From an uncultured delta proteobacterium (GTDB lineage Bacteria > Desulfobacterota > Binatia > UBA9968), in contig CAVXEP010000029.1 in the NCBI GenBank assembly GCA_963760795.1, positions 320,001 to 384,000 of the forward strand: 64,000 nucleotides of DNA. Reading direction: 5' to 3'. Within the stretch, counting starts at the first letter, position 1, and each line of letters begins with the position of its first letter. Positions 27,469 through 36,923 of the stretch are shown piece after piece. Both the position numbers and the translations under genes were made by a program. The notes beneath the pieces are model-generated. The model did no database searches. It had not been told where the DNA came from and worked only from the letters and a program-made list of their open reading frames with translations.

Positions 27469-28188
27469 ATGACAACGTGGCCACCACCGCCCGCTGAACT
27501 TCCGCCGCTCCATCGCACTGTCCATGTTTGGGCGGTGCCGTTAAATGACGCGCGCGTCGATCTCGACAGCGGGCGGGAGCTACTCTCGCCGGACGAGCGC
27601 GAACGCGCGGCGCGCTTTCACTTCGAGCAGCACCGGCGGCGCTATCTGATTGCCCATATCGCCCTGCAGCGGATTCTCAGCCGCTATTTACAGATTGACC
27701 CGGCGCAACTGTCCTTTGAACTTGGCAGTAACGGCAAGCCCAAGTTACCAGCGGCACTGGGCTCTAGTGGCATTGAGTTCAATCTCTCCCATTCCAACGA
27801 AATGGCTTTGCTCGCAGTCAACCTCATCGGTGAGGTCGGCGTCGACATCGAGTACATCAAACCCGACTTCAAGTTCGAGGAAATCGCCAAGGAATTTTTC
27901 ACGGCAAGAGAAGTCGTCGCGCTGCTCGGACTTCCATCCGAGCTGCAGCGCCAAGCGTTTTTCAAATGTTGGACCTGTAAAGAGGCCTTTCTCAAAGCTA
28001 AGGGCACCGGGCTGTCGGGCAAGCTGGATGAGGTGGAAATCACTCTTGGCGCTGCGGATCAAGTGCGGATCGGCGCAGATGTGCCGGGTTGGTCGCTCAC
28101 CGAATTGAATTCCATTGACGCTTACCAAGCCGCGCTCGTGGTCGCCGGCTCCTCGGTACCCATCCGTTACTATCTCTGGCAGCCGTAA
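27469..28188 (+). CDS. Sfp/HetI-type 4'-phosphopantetheinyl transferase
   Basis: LSPDERERAARF, GKP, FNLSHS, VGVDIE, WTCKEAFLKAKGTGL. Confidence 0.93.
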   Translation: MTTWPPPPAELPPLHRTVHVWAVPLNDARVDLDSGRELLSPDERERAARFHFEQHRRRYLIAHIALQRILSRYLQIDPAQLSFELGSNGKPKLPAALGSSGIEFNLSHSNEMALLAVNLIGEVGVDIEYIKPDFKFEEIAKEFFTAREVVALLGLPSELQRQAFFKCWTCKEAFLKAKGTGLSGKLDEVEITLGAADQVRIGADVPGWSLTELNSIDAYQAALVVAGSSVPIRYYLWQP

Positions 28189-28217
28189 TAAGTTATCCGG
28201 TTCGGATCGGGATATTT

Positions 28218-28314
28218 CTCGCGCCAAGACGCAACGCGCGGCACGCGACGGGCCGAAGTTCGTCATTCCGGGCGGCGACCCGGAATCCAGGTTCATGGGT
28301 AGGGCGGGTTTCAG
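28218..28314. repeat. Third short-repeat cluster
   Basis: CGCCAAGACGCAA; GTCATTCCGGGCGGCGACCCGGAATC hairpin; GTAGGGCGGGTTTCA half-REP. Confidence 0.6.
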
Positions 28315-28527
28315 GCGATTTTCTTTCCGGCGCCAGAACGTCCGGCAGCGATAACAATTCCGAGGTAGCCATCCCTCAGTTTCATAAGCTACTGCGCAAA
28401 CCGAAGTCTGTATGTTACCCCCGCTAGGAGTATCAAAACGACTACGCGGTGTAGCAAGCTTGCGACATTTAGAAGATCTAACGAAGAATCTCGCGGCGTA
28501 GGACATTTCCGCATTCAATCCCTCTCA

Positions 28528-29421
28528 TCAAGATTCCACGACCACGAATCTGGCGAACGCCGGCTGAAAATCGAAAGCCAACTTGCCTCTCTCGCCGCCA
28601 CGATTTTTGACGATGTGCAGCGTCAGTGATTGATTGGGTTCGGTGAGCTTTTCGGTTCTTGCTAGATCTTTCTCCATGACCATGATGACATCGGCGCTGG
28701 CTACTTTGTCGGCCCATGCATGCGGCTGGGTTTGATTGGTGGAGCTGACATCCGGCCAGATTACGAGCAGGGGTAGTTTCAAATTCACGGCAAGTTCTTG
28801 CAGTTGTTCGACAATGATGGGCATGCGCACATCCAGGGATTCATTGGCGTCGCCAAGACGCTGGCAGTCATCGATGACGACGAACGGCGGGCCGTCGATT
28901 TGGCGAATCTGGGTTTCGATTTTTTTCAGCGTCGTACTGCGATCACACTCCACTAAGTAGATTTGATCGAGCCAGCTCTTCGCTTCTTCAGCGCAGCGTC
29001 GGAGTTTTTCCCAGCTCGGCGCGAGCTCATCGGCGCTGGCATGGTGCGCTTTGGGCACGCCGTACCAGTGCAGGAGATATGCGCTGCCGCGCCTGATCTC
29101 GCGATTTTCCATGGCACTCAAGCGCGCGAACGTTTTGATACGCAGTTCGATTACACTATCGCTGAAGCTGAAAAAGATCCCCGGTTGATGGTTACGTTGG
29201 GCCACTTGGTCGAGCAGTTGTTTGGCAAAGCTGGTTTTGCCGCAGGCGGGCGCGCCGATGAGCAAGTAAAGGCCGGGCAGGATGCCGTCGAGGGCGCGAT
29301 TGAGATTGGCGAAGCCGGTTTGCCAACCGCTGATCTCTTTTACCTGGCTTTGTCGCTCAAGGGCGTCGAGTGTCTCGGCGAGCTGTTCACCTTCGGAGCG
29401 TAGTGGGGATTGGTCGGCCAT
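28528..29421 (-). CDS. DnaB-like helicase C-terminal (RecA-fold) domain protein
   Basis: GWQTGFANLNRALDGI, Walker A GAPACGKT, VVIDD, ADVIM, IVKNRGGERG; no DnaB N-terminal domain. Confidence 0.8.
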   Translation of the reverse strand: MADQSPLRSEGEQLAETLDALERQSQVKEISGWQTGFANLNRALDGILPGLYLLIGAPACGKTSFAKQLLDQVAQRNHQPGIFFSFSDSVIELRIKTFARLSAMENREIRRGSAYLLHWYGVPKAHHASADELAPSWEKLRRCAEEAKSWLDQIYLVECDRSTTLKKIETQIRQIDGPPFVVIDDCQRLGDANESLDVRMPIIVEQLQELAVNLKLPLLVIWPDVSSTNQTQPHAWADKVASADVIMVMEKDLARTEKLTEPNQSLTLHIVKNRGGERGKLAFDFQPAFARFVVVES

Positions 29422-29555
29422 GGGTTTGCGTCGGAGCTTAGCGAGTTTGCCTGGGTCGAGCAAGGCACATATTTCCATTGACAGCCTCGGGCTTTCCGTT
29501 TAAGCCTTGGCCATTCCCAGCATCGATCGGATCGGAGCCAAGGAGGTTTGCGGCC

Positions 29556-30173
29556 ATGAAGGATGAAAACACAGGCAAAGTCTCACGCCGAGCGTTTCTC
29601 AAAGGCCTCGGTGGCGGCGCCATCGGCACGGCGGTGATTTCCACCGGATTGATTAAAGCTGATCCAGCTGAAGCCTACTCGCCTGAGAGCTCGGGCGGAG
29701 TTGGTATGAGGAAAACGCTCAATCTCAAGGTCAACGGCAAGAGCTACAAAGTAGAAGTCGAGCATCGCAACACGCTGGCTGAAGTGTTGCGTGATCAGCT
29801 CGGGCTCACCGGCACCAAGATCGGTTGCGACCGCGGCGAGTGCGGCGCCTGCACGGTGATCATCGGCGGGCGCAATATGTATTCGTGCAGCCAACTGGCG
29901 GTGTGGATGGAGGGGAAAGAGATTCTCACCATTGAAGGATTAGCCAAGGGCGACAAGCTCGATCCCTTGCAAGAAGCGTTTATCGAACATGACGGACCGC
30001 AGTGCGGCTTCTGCACTTCGGGACAGATCATGTCGGGCAAGGCGTTGCTGATGAAGAACGCGAAACCCAACGAAACACAGGCGCGCCGCGGCTTGTCGGG
30101 GAATCTCTGCCGCTGCGGCAACTACAATCGCGAGGTCGCGGCGGTTTTAGCCGTGGCGGCTAAGGCGCGCTAG
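29556..30173 (+). CDS. Tat-exported 2x[2Fe-2S] subunit (PaoA/YagT-like)
   Basis: SRRAFLK twin-Arg signal; GCDRGECGACT, QCGFCT, GNLCRC; AGGAGG RBS. Confidence 0.92.
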   Translation: MKDENTGKVSRRAFLKGLGGGAIGTAVISTGLIKADPAEAYSPESSGGVGMRKTLNLKVNGKSYKVEVEHRNTLAEVLRDQLGLTGTKIGCDRGECGACTVIIGGRNMYSCSQLAVWMEGKEILTIEGLAKGDKLDPLQEAFIEHDGPQCGFCTSGQIMSGKALLMKNAKPNETQARRGLSGNLCRCGNYNREVAAVLAVAAKAR

Positions 30174-30180
30174 GAGGGCG

Positions 30181-32400
30181 ATGGCGATGGCACAGGCACA
30201 AAAAGAATATTCCATTGTCGGCAAGAGAATCACCCGCATCGACGCCTATGAGCGCGTTACGGGTCAGGCGCAGTACACCGGTGATATCCAACTCCCTGGC
30301 ATGCTCTACGCGCGCGTCCTGCGTAGCCCGCATCCGCACGCGCGAATTCTTAGCATCGATACCTCAAAGGCCGAGAAACTGCCGGGCGTAAAAGCGATCG
30401 TTCATCACGAAAACGCTAAGGTGCCGTGGTCGAGCGGCGGACATACGCACCAGCGCTTTATCTTCAACAACCCAGTACGCTTCGTCGGTGACCCGGTGGC
30501 TGCGGTGGCGGCCACCGACCGCCACATCGCCGAGGATGCGTTGAAATTGATCGAGGTGAAGTACGAAAAACTTCCCCATGTGCTCGATCCCAACGAAGCG
30601 TTAAAGCCCGACGCGCCCAAGATCGCGCCGCAGGGCAACCTATCGGTGGGCAAAGGCAGTTTCAGCGCGCCAATTGAAGAGACTTGGGGCGACGTTGAAC
30701 AAGGTTTTAAGGAAGCCGATCGGGTCTTTGAAGATACTTACATTACCAAACATGTAAATAATGCCCAGATGGAACGGCGGGTGAGCGTAGCCAAATGGGA
30801 CGCCGGCAAGCTCACCGTATTCGCTTCGACCCAGGGTGTCTCCAACGCGCGCACCGACATCGCCAAGGATTTCAATCTGCCGCTGAGCAAAGTACGGATC
30901 GTCTGCAAGTACATGGGCGGTGGCTTCGGCAACAAGAATCAGGCGCAAGATTACGACTACATGGCGGCGGTATTGGCCAAGGCTGCCGGTCAGCCGGTGA
31001 AGTTGGAATTTACCCGCGAAGACGACTACATCGGCATGCATGGCCGCTGGTCATCGGAGCAACGCTACAAGATCGGCGTCAAGAAAGACGGCACGATTAC
31101 CGCCGTGTCGCTCGACGCCGTCACCAACATGGGCGCTTACCGCAAGCAGAGCGGCAATCTGAGCGGCACGGATTTCTACCAGATTCCCAATTTCCGCAAA
31201 CACATCAAACCGGTGCACACCAACACCGTGGTTGCAGCGAACTACCGGGCGCCGGCGTATCCGCAATCGGTGTTCGGCTTCGCGTCGTTCTTGGATCAGA
31301 TCGCCCATGAGATGGGTATCAATCCCGTCGATATGTTCATGCGTAACCGGATTCAAAAATACAAGAGCAAGATTCCCTTCACTTCGAACTATCTCGAGCA
31401 GTGCATTATCGAGGGTTCCAAGCAGGTAGGCTGGCAGGAGAAGTGGCATAAAGCCGGCGCAATGGGAGGACAGAAAAAACATGGCATCGGCATGGCGCTC
31501 GGCGGCTATCCGTTCCGCCCCGGACTTGGCGCGGCGACAATCCGCCTCAACCCCGACGGCACCGCGCATGTACTGGTCGGCGTCACCGATATCGGCACGG
31601 GTGCCAAGTCGACGATGGCGATCATCGCCGCGGAGGCTTTAGGCATTCCTCTCAACCAGATTCAGCTAACCAACGGCGACACTGACGTGACGCCTTACTC
31701 AGTCGGTGAGTCGGGCAGTCGCACCACGCCATTCACCGGCCCGGCGGTGATCGCTGCGGCGGAAGATGTGCGGCGGCAAATTTTCAATCTCGCCGCTGGG
31801 CAATTGAAAGTGAAGGCGGAGGAACTGGACCTACGCAACAGTGAAGTGTTCGTGAAGGCGGATCCAGCGCAAAAGCTGCCGCTGGATCGGATCGCTTCAC
31901 GGGCCGGCGAAATCATCGGCCGGGCGACGACCAATCCGTCGTTCAAGGATGTTGAAGGTAAAAGCTTCTCGGCGCATTTCGCCGAGGTGGAAGTGGATGC
32001 AATCACCGGGCATGTGAAAATTACCCGCTACGTGGCGGCGCATGACTCCGGCACGATCATCAATCGCTTGCCCGCCGAAAGCCAGATCAAAGGCGGCGTT
32101 ACCCAGGGTATCGGCATGGCGTTTAGCGAAGAGCTGATTATAGACAAACTGACCGGCATCCCGGTCAACCCCAATTATCGTGACGCCAAGGTGCCGACGC
32201 ACCTTGAGGTGCCGGAGGTCGAAGTTATTTTCATCGAACATGCTGACCCCTTCGGTCCGTTCGGCGGCAAAGTGGTCGGTGAACCGCCGATCACGTCGGC
32301 GGTGGCGACGATCGCCAACGCGATCTTTAACGCCACCGGCAAACGGATCAAAGAGTTGCCGATCACGCCGGATAAAATCTTGCAGGCGCGCCTGGTCTGA
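30181..32400 (+). CDS. Xanthine dehydrogenase/aldehyde oxidoreductase family Mo-binding subunit
   Basis: RSPHPHARI, MGGGFGNK, YRAP, DIGTG, SGSR, QIKGG..QGIG, VGEPP. Confidence 0.95.
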   Translation: MAMAQAQKEYSIVGKRITRIDAYERVTGQAQYTGDIQLPGMLYARVLRSPHPHARILSIDTSKAEKLPGVKAIVHHENAKVPWSSGGHTHQRFIFNNPVRFVGDPVAAVAATDRHIAEDALKLIEVKYEKLPHVLDPNEALKPDAPKIAPQGNLSVGKGSFSAPIEETWGDVEQGFKEADRVFEDTYITKHVNNAQMERRVSVAKWDAGKLTVFASTQGVSNARTDIAKDFNLPLSKVRIVCKYMGGGFGNKNQAQDYDYMAAVLAKAAGQPVKLEFTREDDYIGMHGRWSSEQRYKIGVKKDGTITAVSLDAVTNMGAYRKQSGNLSGTDFYQIPNFRKHIKPVHTNTVVAANYRAPAYPQSVFGFASFLDQIAHEMGINPVDMFMRNRIQKYKSKIPFTSNYLEQCIIEGSKQVGWQEKWHKAGAMGGQKKHGIGMALGGYPFRPGLGAATIRLNPDGTAHVLVGVTDIGTGAKSTMAIIAAEALGIPLNQIQLTNGDTDVTPYSVGESGSRTTPFTGPAVIAAAEDVRRQIFNLAAGQLKVKAEELDLRNSEVFVKADPAQKLPLDRIASRAGEIIGRATTNPSFKDVEGKSFSAHFAEVEVDAITGHVKITRYVAAHDSGTIINRLPAESQIKGGVTQGIGMAFSEELIIDKLTGIPVNPNYRDAKVPTHLEVPEVEVIFIEHADPFGPFGGKVVGEPPITSAVATIANAIFNATGKRIKELPITPDKILQARLV

Positions 32401-32412
32401 GGGAGAAACGCC

Positions 32413-33396
32413 ATGAAGTCATTCGAAAACATCGATGCAAAAAGCGTAAAAGAAGCGGTCGGGCTGCTGCAGAAATTTAACCAGCAGAAAAAGCTCGCGG
32501 CGGTGGTCGGCGGCGGCAGCGAATACTTGCAGCTGATGAAGGACCACGTCGTCGAGCCGGACTACGTGATCAACTTAAAGACCATTCCCGGCCTCGACTA
32601 CATTCGCGAGGAGCGCGGCGGCTTTCGCATCGGCGCCCTGGTGAAGTTGGCCGATATCGAGGAGCACGGGGCGGTTCGCGAGAAGCTTTTGATTCTGGCC
32701 GACGCCGCCGGCGACGCGGCATCGCCGCAGATTCGTAACGCCGGCACCATCGCCGGCAATATTTGCCAGCGGCCGTTCTGCTGGTATTTTCGTTCGTCCA
32801 ATTTCACCTGTCTGCGTAAAGGCGGACAGCTCTGTTACACCGTCACAGGCGACGGCCGCTTCCATGCAATCCTCGGCGCTGGGCCAAGTTATATCGTGCA
32901 CCCGTCCGATACCGCACCGGCGTTGGTGGCGCTCGGCGCGCAGATCAAGATCGTCGGACCCGCGGGCGAGAAAACTATGCCGCTGGAAAAGTTTTTCGTT
33001 CTACCGTCGGTGGATTATAGACGTGAGAATATTCTCAACCCCGGCGAAATCGTCACGGAGATTTTCGTGCCGACGCCCAAAGCTGGCAGCAAGGGTTTTC
33101 ACCACAAAGTGCGCGAACGCTTGGCTTGGGACCATGCCATCGTCGCCGTCGACACCATCGTCGAAGGTAGCGGCGGCGTGGTGCGACATGCCAGTGTGGT
33201 CATGGGCGGGGTCGCGCCGATTCCCTGGCGCGCGCAGAAGGCCGAGGAGTTTCTCCGCGGTAAACGGCTCGACGAAGCGACGGCTAAACAAGCCGGCGAG
33301 ATCGCTCTCGAAGGCGCCAAGCCGCTCAAAGATAACGTCTACAAAATCAAATTGGCCCAGGAACTAATTCAGCGAGGACTGCTGGCTTCGATCTAG
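32413..33396 (+). CDS. FAD-binding subunit with [4Fe-4S] insert (PaoB/YagS-like)
   Basis: GGGSE, ASPQIRNAGTIAGNICQRPFCWYFR..C..C, HPSD. Confidence 0.92.
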   Translation: MKSFENIDAKSVKEAVGLLQKFNQQKKLAAVVGGGSEYLQLMKDHVVEPDYVINLKTIPGLDYIREERGGFRIGALVKLADIEEHGAVREKLLILADAAGDAASPQIRNAGTIAGNICQRPFCWYFRSSNFTCLRKGGQLCYTVTGDGRFHAILGAGPSYIVHPSDTAPALVALGAQIKIVGPAGEKTMPLEKFFVLPSVDYRRENILNPGEIVTEIFVPTPKAGSKGFHHKVRERLAWDHAIVAVDTIVEGSGGVVRHASVVMGGVAPIPWRAQKAEEFLRGKRLDEATAKQAGEIALEGAKPLKDNVYKIKLAQELIQRGLLASI

Positions 33397-33547
33397 ACTG
33401 CCGTGATCGAAGTCCGATAATTTCCCCAAGGCTCACTGTTAAATCGAGTCGGCTTCGTACTTGAAAGAAGTACAGCTGGCAAGCAATCCGGTTGGCGGGC
33501 AATTTCGACTTGACCTGTCTATGCCGAGCCCTTACACTTTTGGCTTC

Positions 33548-34318
33548 ATGCTCGCCGAGGCTTTAAAGAATCGCTATTTGATTGCCGGCGCGGCGTTGTT
33601 TCCCGTCGCGCTGATGTTGATCCTGTTCGTCAGCGGACGTGAGAATCTTCGTCTGCCTTGGATGCAGAGTAGTATCAGCATTGAGCCTTCGGGCGCCGAT
33701 GCTATTGCGCAGATGAGAGAATTTCTCGCCAAGGAGCAGCGCCAGCTTGGCCAGTTCGAGCGCGAACAGTCGACGCTTCGTGCCGAGGTTATTCGCCAGC
33801 GCAAGCTGTTGCAGGAAGGCCAGCTTTCTAAGGAACAAGTTAAACAGACCGAGCTGTTGTTCGTCGCGGCGCTCAAGCGCGTTCACGAGATGCGTTATAC
33901 GGTGACGGAAACCGACATCGCTATCACCGAAGCGGTTCTCGGTGAAAAGGTTTTGCGCATGCCGACCTTGCCAATCGGTGGATTTAGCCAGACGGCGGAG
34001 TTGACGCGCTTCAATGGGCCGTTCAAATGGTCGATCGGCGAAGCGCCAAGGGTGGAGAAATTCTTCTCGCAAACCTTCGGCCGCCGGCTGCCGATAACGG
34101 CATTGGGGCAGTCAGATATTCATAATCGTTTAAGGTTCGATCACCGCGATGCGATGGATATCGGACTCCATCCTGATAGCGGCGAGGGTAGGGCGCTGGT
34201 CGGTTATCTACGCAAGTCCGGTATTCCCTTTCTCGCTTTTCGCAGTGCGATTCCAGGTGCCGCCACTGGGCCGCATATTCATATCGGCCGCCCGTCGGGA
34301 CGGCTCGCCCGCCAGTAA
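33548..34318 (+). CDS. Membrane-anchored coiled-coil protein with putative LAS/M15-like metallopeptidase C-domain
   Basis: N-terminal TM, coiled coil, RFDHRDAMD (HxxxxD) and GPHIHIG (HxH); paralog of 35083-35829. Confidence 0.7.
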   Translation: MLAEALKNRYLIAGAALFPVALMLILFVSGRENLRLPWMQSSISIEPSGADAIAQMREFLAKEQRQLGQFEREQSTLRAEVIRQRKLLQEGQLSKEQVKQTELLFVAALKRVHEMRYTVTETDIAITEAVLGEKVLRMPTLPIGGFSQTAELTRFNGPFKWSIGEAPRVEKFFSQTFGRRLPITALGQSDIHNRLRFDHRDAMDIGLHPDSGEGRALVGYLRKSGIPFLAFRSAIPGAATGPHIHIGRPSGRLARQ

Positions 34319-34462
34319 ACCGGATTTTACATCTATCGAATGGCGGGCAACTCCGCCCGTCAACTTTGTCAGTCCTGTCAAACGGGAATTTTGGCTCGTG
34401 AACTTCCCATGGTTTCTCCGGCTACGGCCGATCTTGTTATGGCTTTGCCTCGATTTCGCTCG

Positions 34463-34477
34463 CGGCATCTTGATTGC
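34463..34477 (+). promoter_or_regulatory. sigma54 -24/-12 promoter of Flp pilin
   Basis: CGGCATCTTGATTGC. Confidence 0.7.
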
Positions 34478-34532
34478 TTGGCTGAGCCCAGTAACCGACG
34501 ACTAATTTAGAAAAAATCACCGAGTGGGCAAC

Positions 34533-34721
34533 ATGGATCTGATAAAGAAACTCTTGCGGGAAGAAGATGGCCAGGGACAAGTCGAGTACACCTTGCTTGT
34601 ACTCGTCGTCGCACTGCTATTCTGGATGGGCGTGCGCGATACCGACATCGGCACTAGCATGACTGACGGTTGGTCCAAAATTTCCGATTGCGTGTTCTCG
34701 CCATTTTCCTGCGGTCCCTAG
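34533..34721 (+). CDS. Flp/Fap type IVb pilin
   Basis: LLREEDG/QGQVEY + hydrophobic helix; 62 aa with a C-terminal Cys pair. Confidence 0.8.
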   Translation: MDLIKKLLREEDGQGQVEYTLLVLVVALLFWMGVRDTDIGTSMTDGWSKISDCVFSPFSCGP

Positions 34722-35082
34722 CTTGGTCGGCCGCGCTGGCGCAGCGGCGCCTATTTTGGCCGACTACTCGGACACGACAAGACCCCGCGCCCAGGAATCT
34801 TCCAGACCACGTCGCGTTGACGGCACTCGCCAGAGCAATTTGTTAGTTTCATTCGATGCCTTGTTGCCGCGTCTCTTGCGACCTGAAATTCACGCCTATC
34901 AGCGGTTTATGGTTGGCCACTTACACGGTCATACCTGCGAGTCGGCGATCGGCCGCTCTGGCAAACTTCTGGGTCGGGAGAGAAGTGTCCAGTGGCGATA
35001 AGAGATTTCGAGAACTGTCGGACTTGACCGCTAATTGCATACTTCATAGACTTGCGGGACAGTGTCGAGTTGTGCCAGCGCT

Positions 35083-35829
35083 ATGGAAACCTGCCGAAGA
35101 ACGATCTTGCTAATATTTGCTGTGGCATTGTTGGCGCCGGTGTTGGGCTTGGGCCAGGGCGCGCCAGGAGGCTCCCGTTCCACTCCGACCGATTCCGAGC
35201 TCGCGCGCTCGCGCAACGACGTGATCCAAAAAACCAAGGAGACCCGTGCCGGCGCGGAAACGCTCTTGGCGTTGCACGAGGCGGAAGTCAAGCGCATCAC
35301 CGCGGAATTCGAGCGCCGGCGCGAACTTTACCACCAGGGGTTAATTTCCCGTACTGAAATGATTCAGGCGGAGCAAGCGGTGGCGCAGGCCGTGTTGCGG
35401 CTCGAGGACGACAAACGCTTTCTTGCCGAAACCGATACCGCTCTCACTGAATTCGCCATGCGCGATGAATTGCTGCGGCTCCCCGGTTTGGCCCTGGGCG
35501 GCTACAGCGAAACCAATACTTTACTGCGCTTCAACGGCGCGGCGGGATTTACTTTGGCGGAGTTCGCGAAAATCGAAAGATTTTTTTCGCAATCCTTTGG
35601 CCGCGGGATGCCGATCAGTGCTCTGGGCCAGACGGCGACCCATGAGCGCATGAGATTCGATCATCGCAACGCGGTCGATGTGGCGCTCCACCCCGAAAGC
35701 GCCGAAGGCCGGTCGGTGCTCAACTATTTACGTCAGGCGGGTATTCCATTTATCGCATTTCGCGGCGCCGTCGCCGGCGCCGCCACCGGAGCGCATATTC
35801 ATATTGGCAAGCCATCGCCCCGTTTGTAG
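35083..35829 (+). CDS. Secreted coiled-coil protein with putative LAS/M15-like metallopeptidase C-domain
   Basis: Signal peptide; RFDHRNAVD and GAHIHIG; clear paralog of 33548-34318. Confidence 0.7.
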   Translation: METCRRTILLIFAVALLAPVLGLGQGAPGGSRSTPTDSELARSRNDVIQKTKETRAGAETLLALHEAEVKRITAEFERRRELYHQGLISRTEMIQAEQAVAQAVLRLEDDKRFLAETDTALTEFAMRDELLRLPGLALGGYSETNTLLRFNGAAGFTLAEFAKIERFFSQSFGRGMPISALGQTATHERMRFDHRNAVDVALHPESAEGRSVLNYLRQAGIPFIAFRGAVAGAATGAHIHIGKPSPRL

Positions 35830-35906
35830 AGGATCTGCGGCGCATTCGGACTGGTAGTTTTCCGCCGCAGCTACAGCCGCGCCGGGGTTTAGCTAAGTCA
35901 CTAACT

Positions 35907-36650
35907 ATGGCACCGCCAACCTCACCCATGCCCGCATCGACGGTCGTCTTGGCGCGACCGAGCGAAAAGGGCGCATTTGAAATTTTTATGAACCGGCGTC
36001 CAGAAAAAATGGACACCTACGCGGGAGTCTATGTTTTTCCCGGCGGGCGGGTGGAAAGTACGGATTGGTCGTCGCCCATGCTCAGTTTGGTGCGCGGGGT
36101 CACGCCCGCGGACGCGCAGCAAAAGCTTGGCAGCGCGGCCGGACCGGAAGTTTGTCTGGGCTATTGGGTCGCCGCGGTGCGGGAGTTGTTTGAAGAGGCG
36201 GGCATCCATTTTTTCGTGCGGCAGAACTATGAACCGGCGATCATGGATGCGACCGACCTTAGCGCGCGGCTGGCGCAAAAGCGCGCCGAACTGCAACAGG
36301 GCAAATACGATTTGCCTACGCTGATGGCCGCTGAGCGATTATATTGCGATGTCGGGAGGCTCAGCTATTTTTTTCATCGGGTTACCCCGGAGCATTATCC
36401 GGTGCGCTTCGACACCCGCTTCTATTTGGCAGCTTTACCCGAGGGACAAAACCCCTTGCACAGCTCTGAAGAGGTGGCCGAGAGTCTTTGGGTTGCGCCT
36501 AAAGCGGCACTCGACCATGGCCAAGCCGGTAACTTTCCGATGATGCCGCCGACCATCGCGGTTTTGCGCACTCTCGCCGCGCACGACTCGTGGAATTCTC
36601 TGTGTAAAGCTTTTCAACTATGTGAGCCTTACGCCGCCGTGCCAAACTGA
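35907..36650 (+). CDS. NUDIX hydrolase (Nudt19-like split motif)
   Basis: YVFPGGRVE..AAVRELFEEAGI, RFDTRFY, MMPPT. Confidence 0.88.
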   Translation: MAPPTSPMPASTVVLARPSEKGAFEIFMNRRPEKMDTYAGVYVFPGGRVESTDWSSPMLSLVRGVTPADAQQKLGSAAGPEVCLGYWVAAVRELFEEAGIHFFVRQNYEPAIMDATDLSARLAQKRAELQQGKYDLPTLMAAERLYCDVGRLSYFFHRVTPEHYPVRFDTRFYLAALPEGQNPLHSSEEVAESLWVAPKAALDHGQAGNFPMMPPTIAVLRTLAAHDSWNSLCKAFQLCEPYAAVPN

Positions 36651-36747
36651 CAAACCCGTCACCAAATTACCTAATCGAGCAACAAAATAGGCCAAAGCTT
36701 TACGCTAAGGTCTGCGCGTTTTCAGCTAGTTATCGCAGACTGCCCGC

Positions 36748-36762
36748 AGGCACCGAGTTTGC
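36748..36762 (+). promoter_or_regulatory. sigma54 -24/-12 promoter upstream of glucan phosphorylase
   Basis: AGGCACCGAGTTTGC. Confidence 0.6.
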
Positions 36763-36805
36763 GTTAAGGCTACCGCAGAGGGACCAGGAATCGATGGACG
36801 TAGAA

Positions 36806-36834
36806 TTGCCCGACACTATCGATGGTGCTATAAT
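36806..36834 (+). promoter_or_regulatory. sigma70 promoter (extended -10)
   Basis: TTGCCC-N17-TATAAT with TG at -15/-14. Confidence 0.65.
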
Positions 36835-36923
36835 CGTCAAAACTTATCGGAATATCCAGAAACTGACTCCTACCCCCTACGCCATCAATGCCCCGTTAGC
36901 CGTTTGCTCGTAAAATTCGTCAA

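Noticed and set aside
25319-28188. NRPS/PKS biosynthetic cluster
   Set aside because: An adenylating enzyme and a PPTase are present, but no carrier, condensation or ketosynthase domain.
26858-28314. CRISPR array
   Set aside because: The repeats are heterogeneous, not regularly spaced, and no cas genes are present.
28528-29421. Prophage replication module
   Set aside because: No integrase, primase or structural genes are nearby.
36794-36913. 39-aa leader ORF before glgP
   Set aside because: It overlaps a strong sigma70 promoter and has no distinctive composition.
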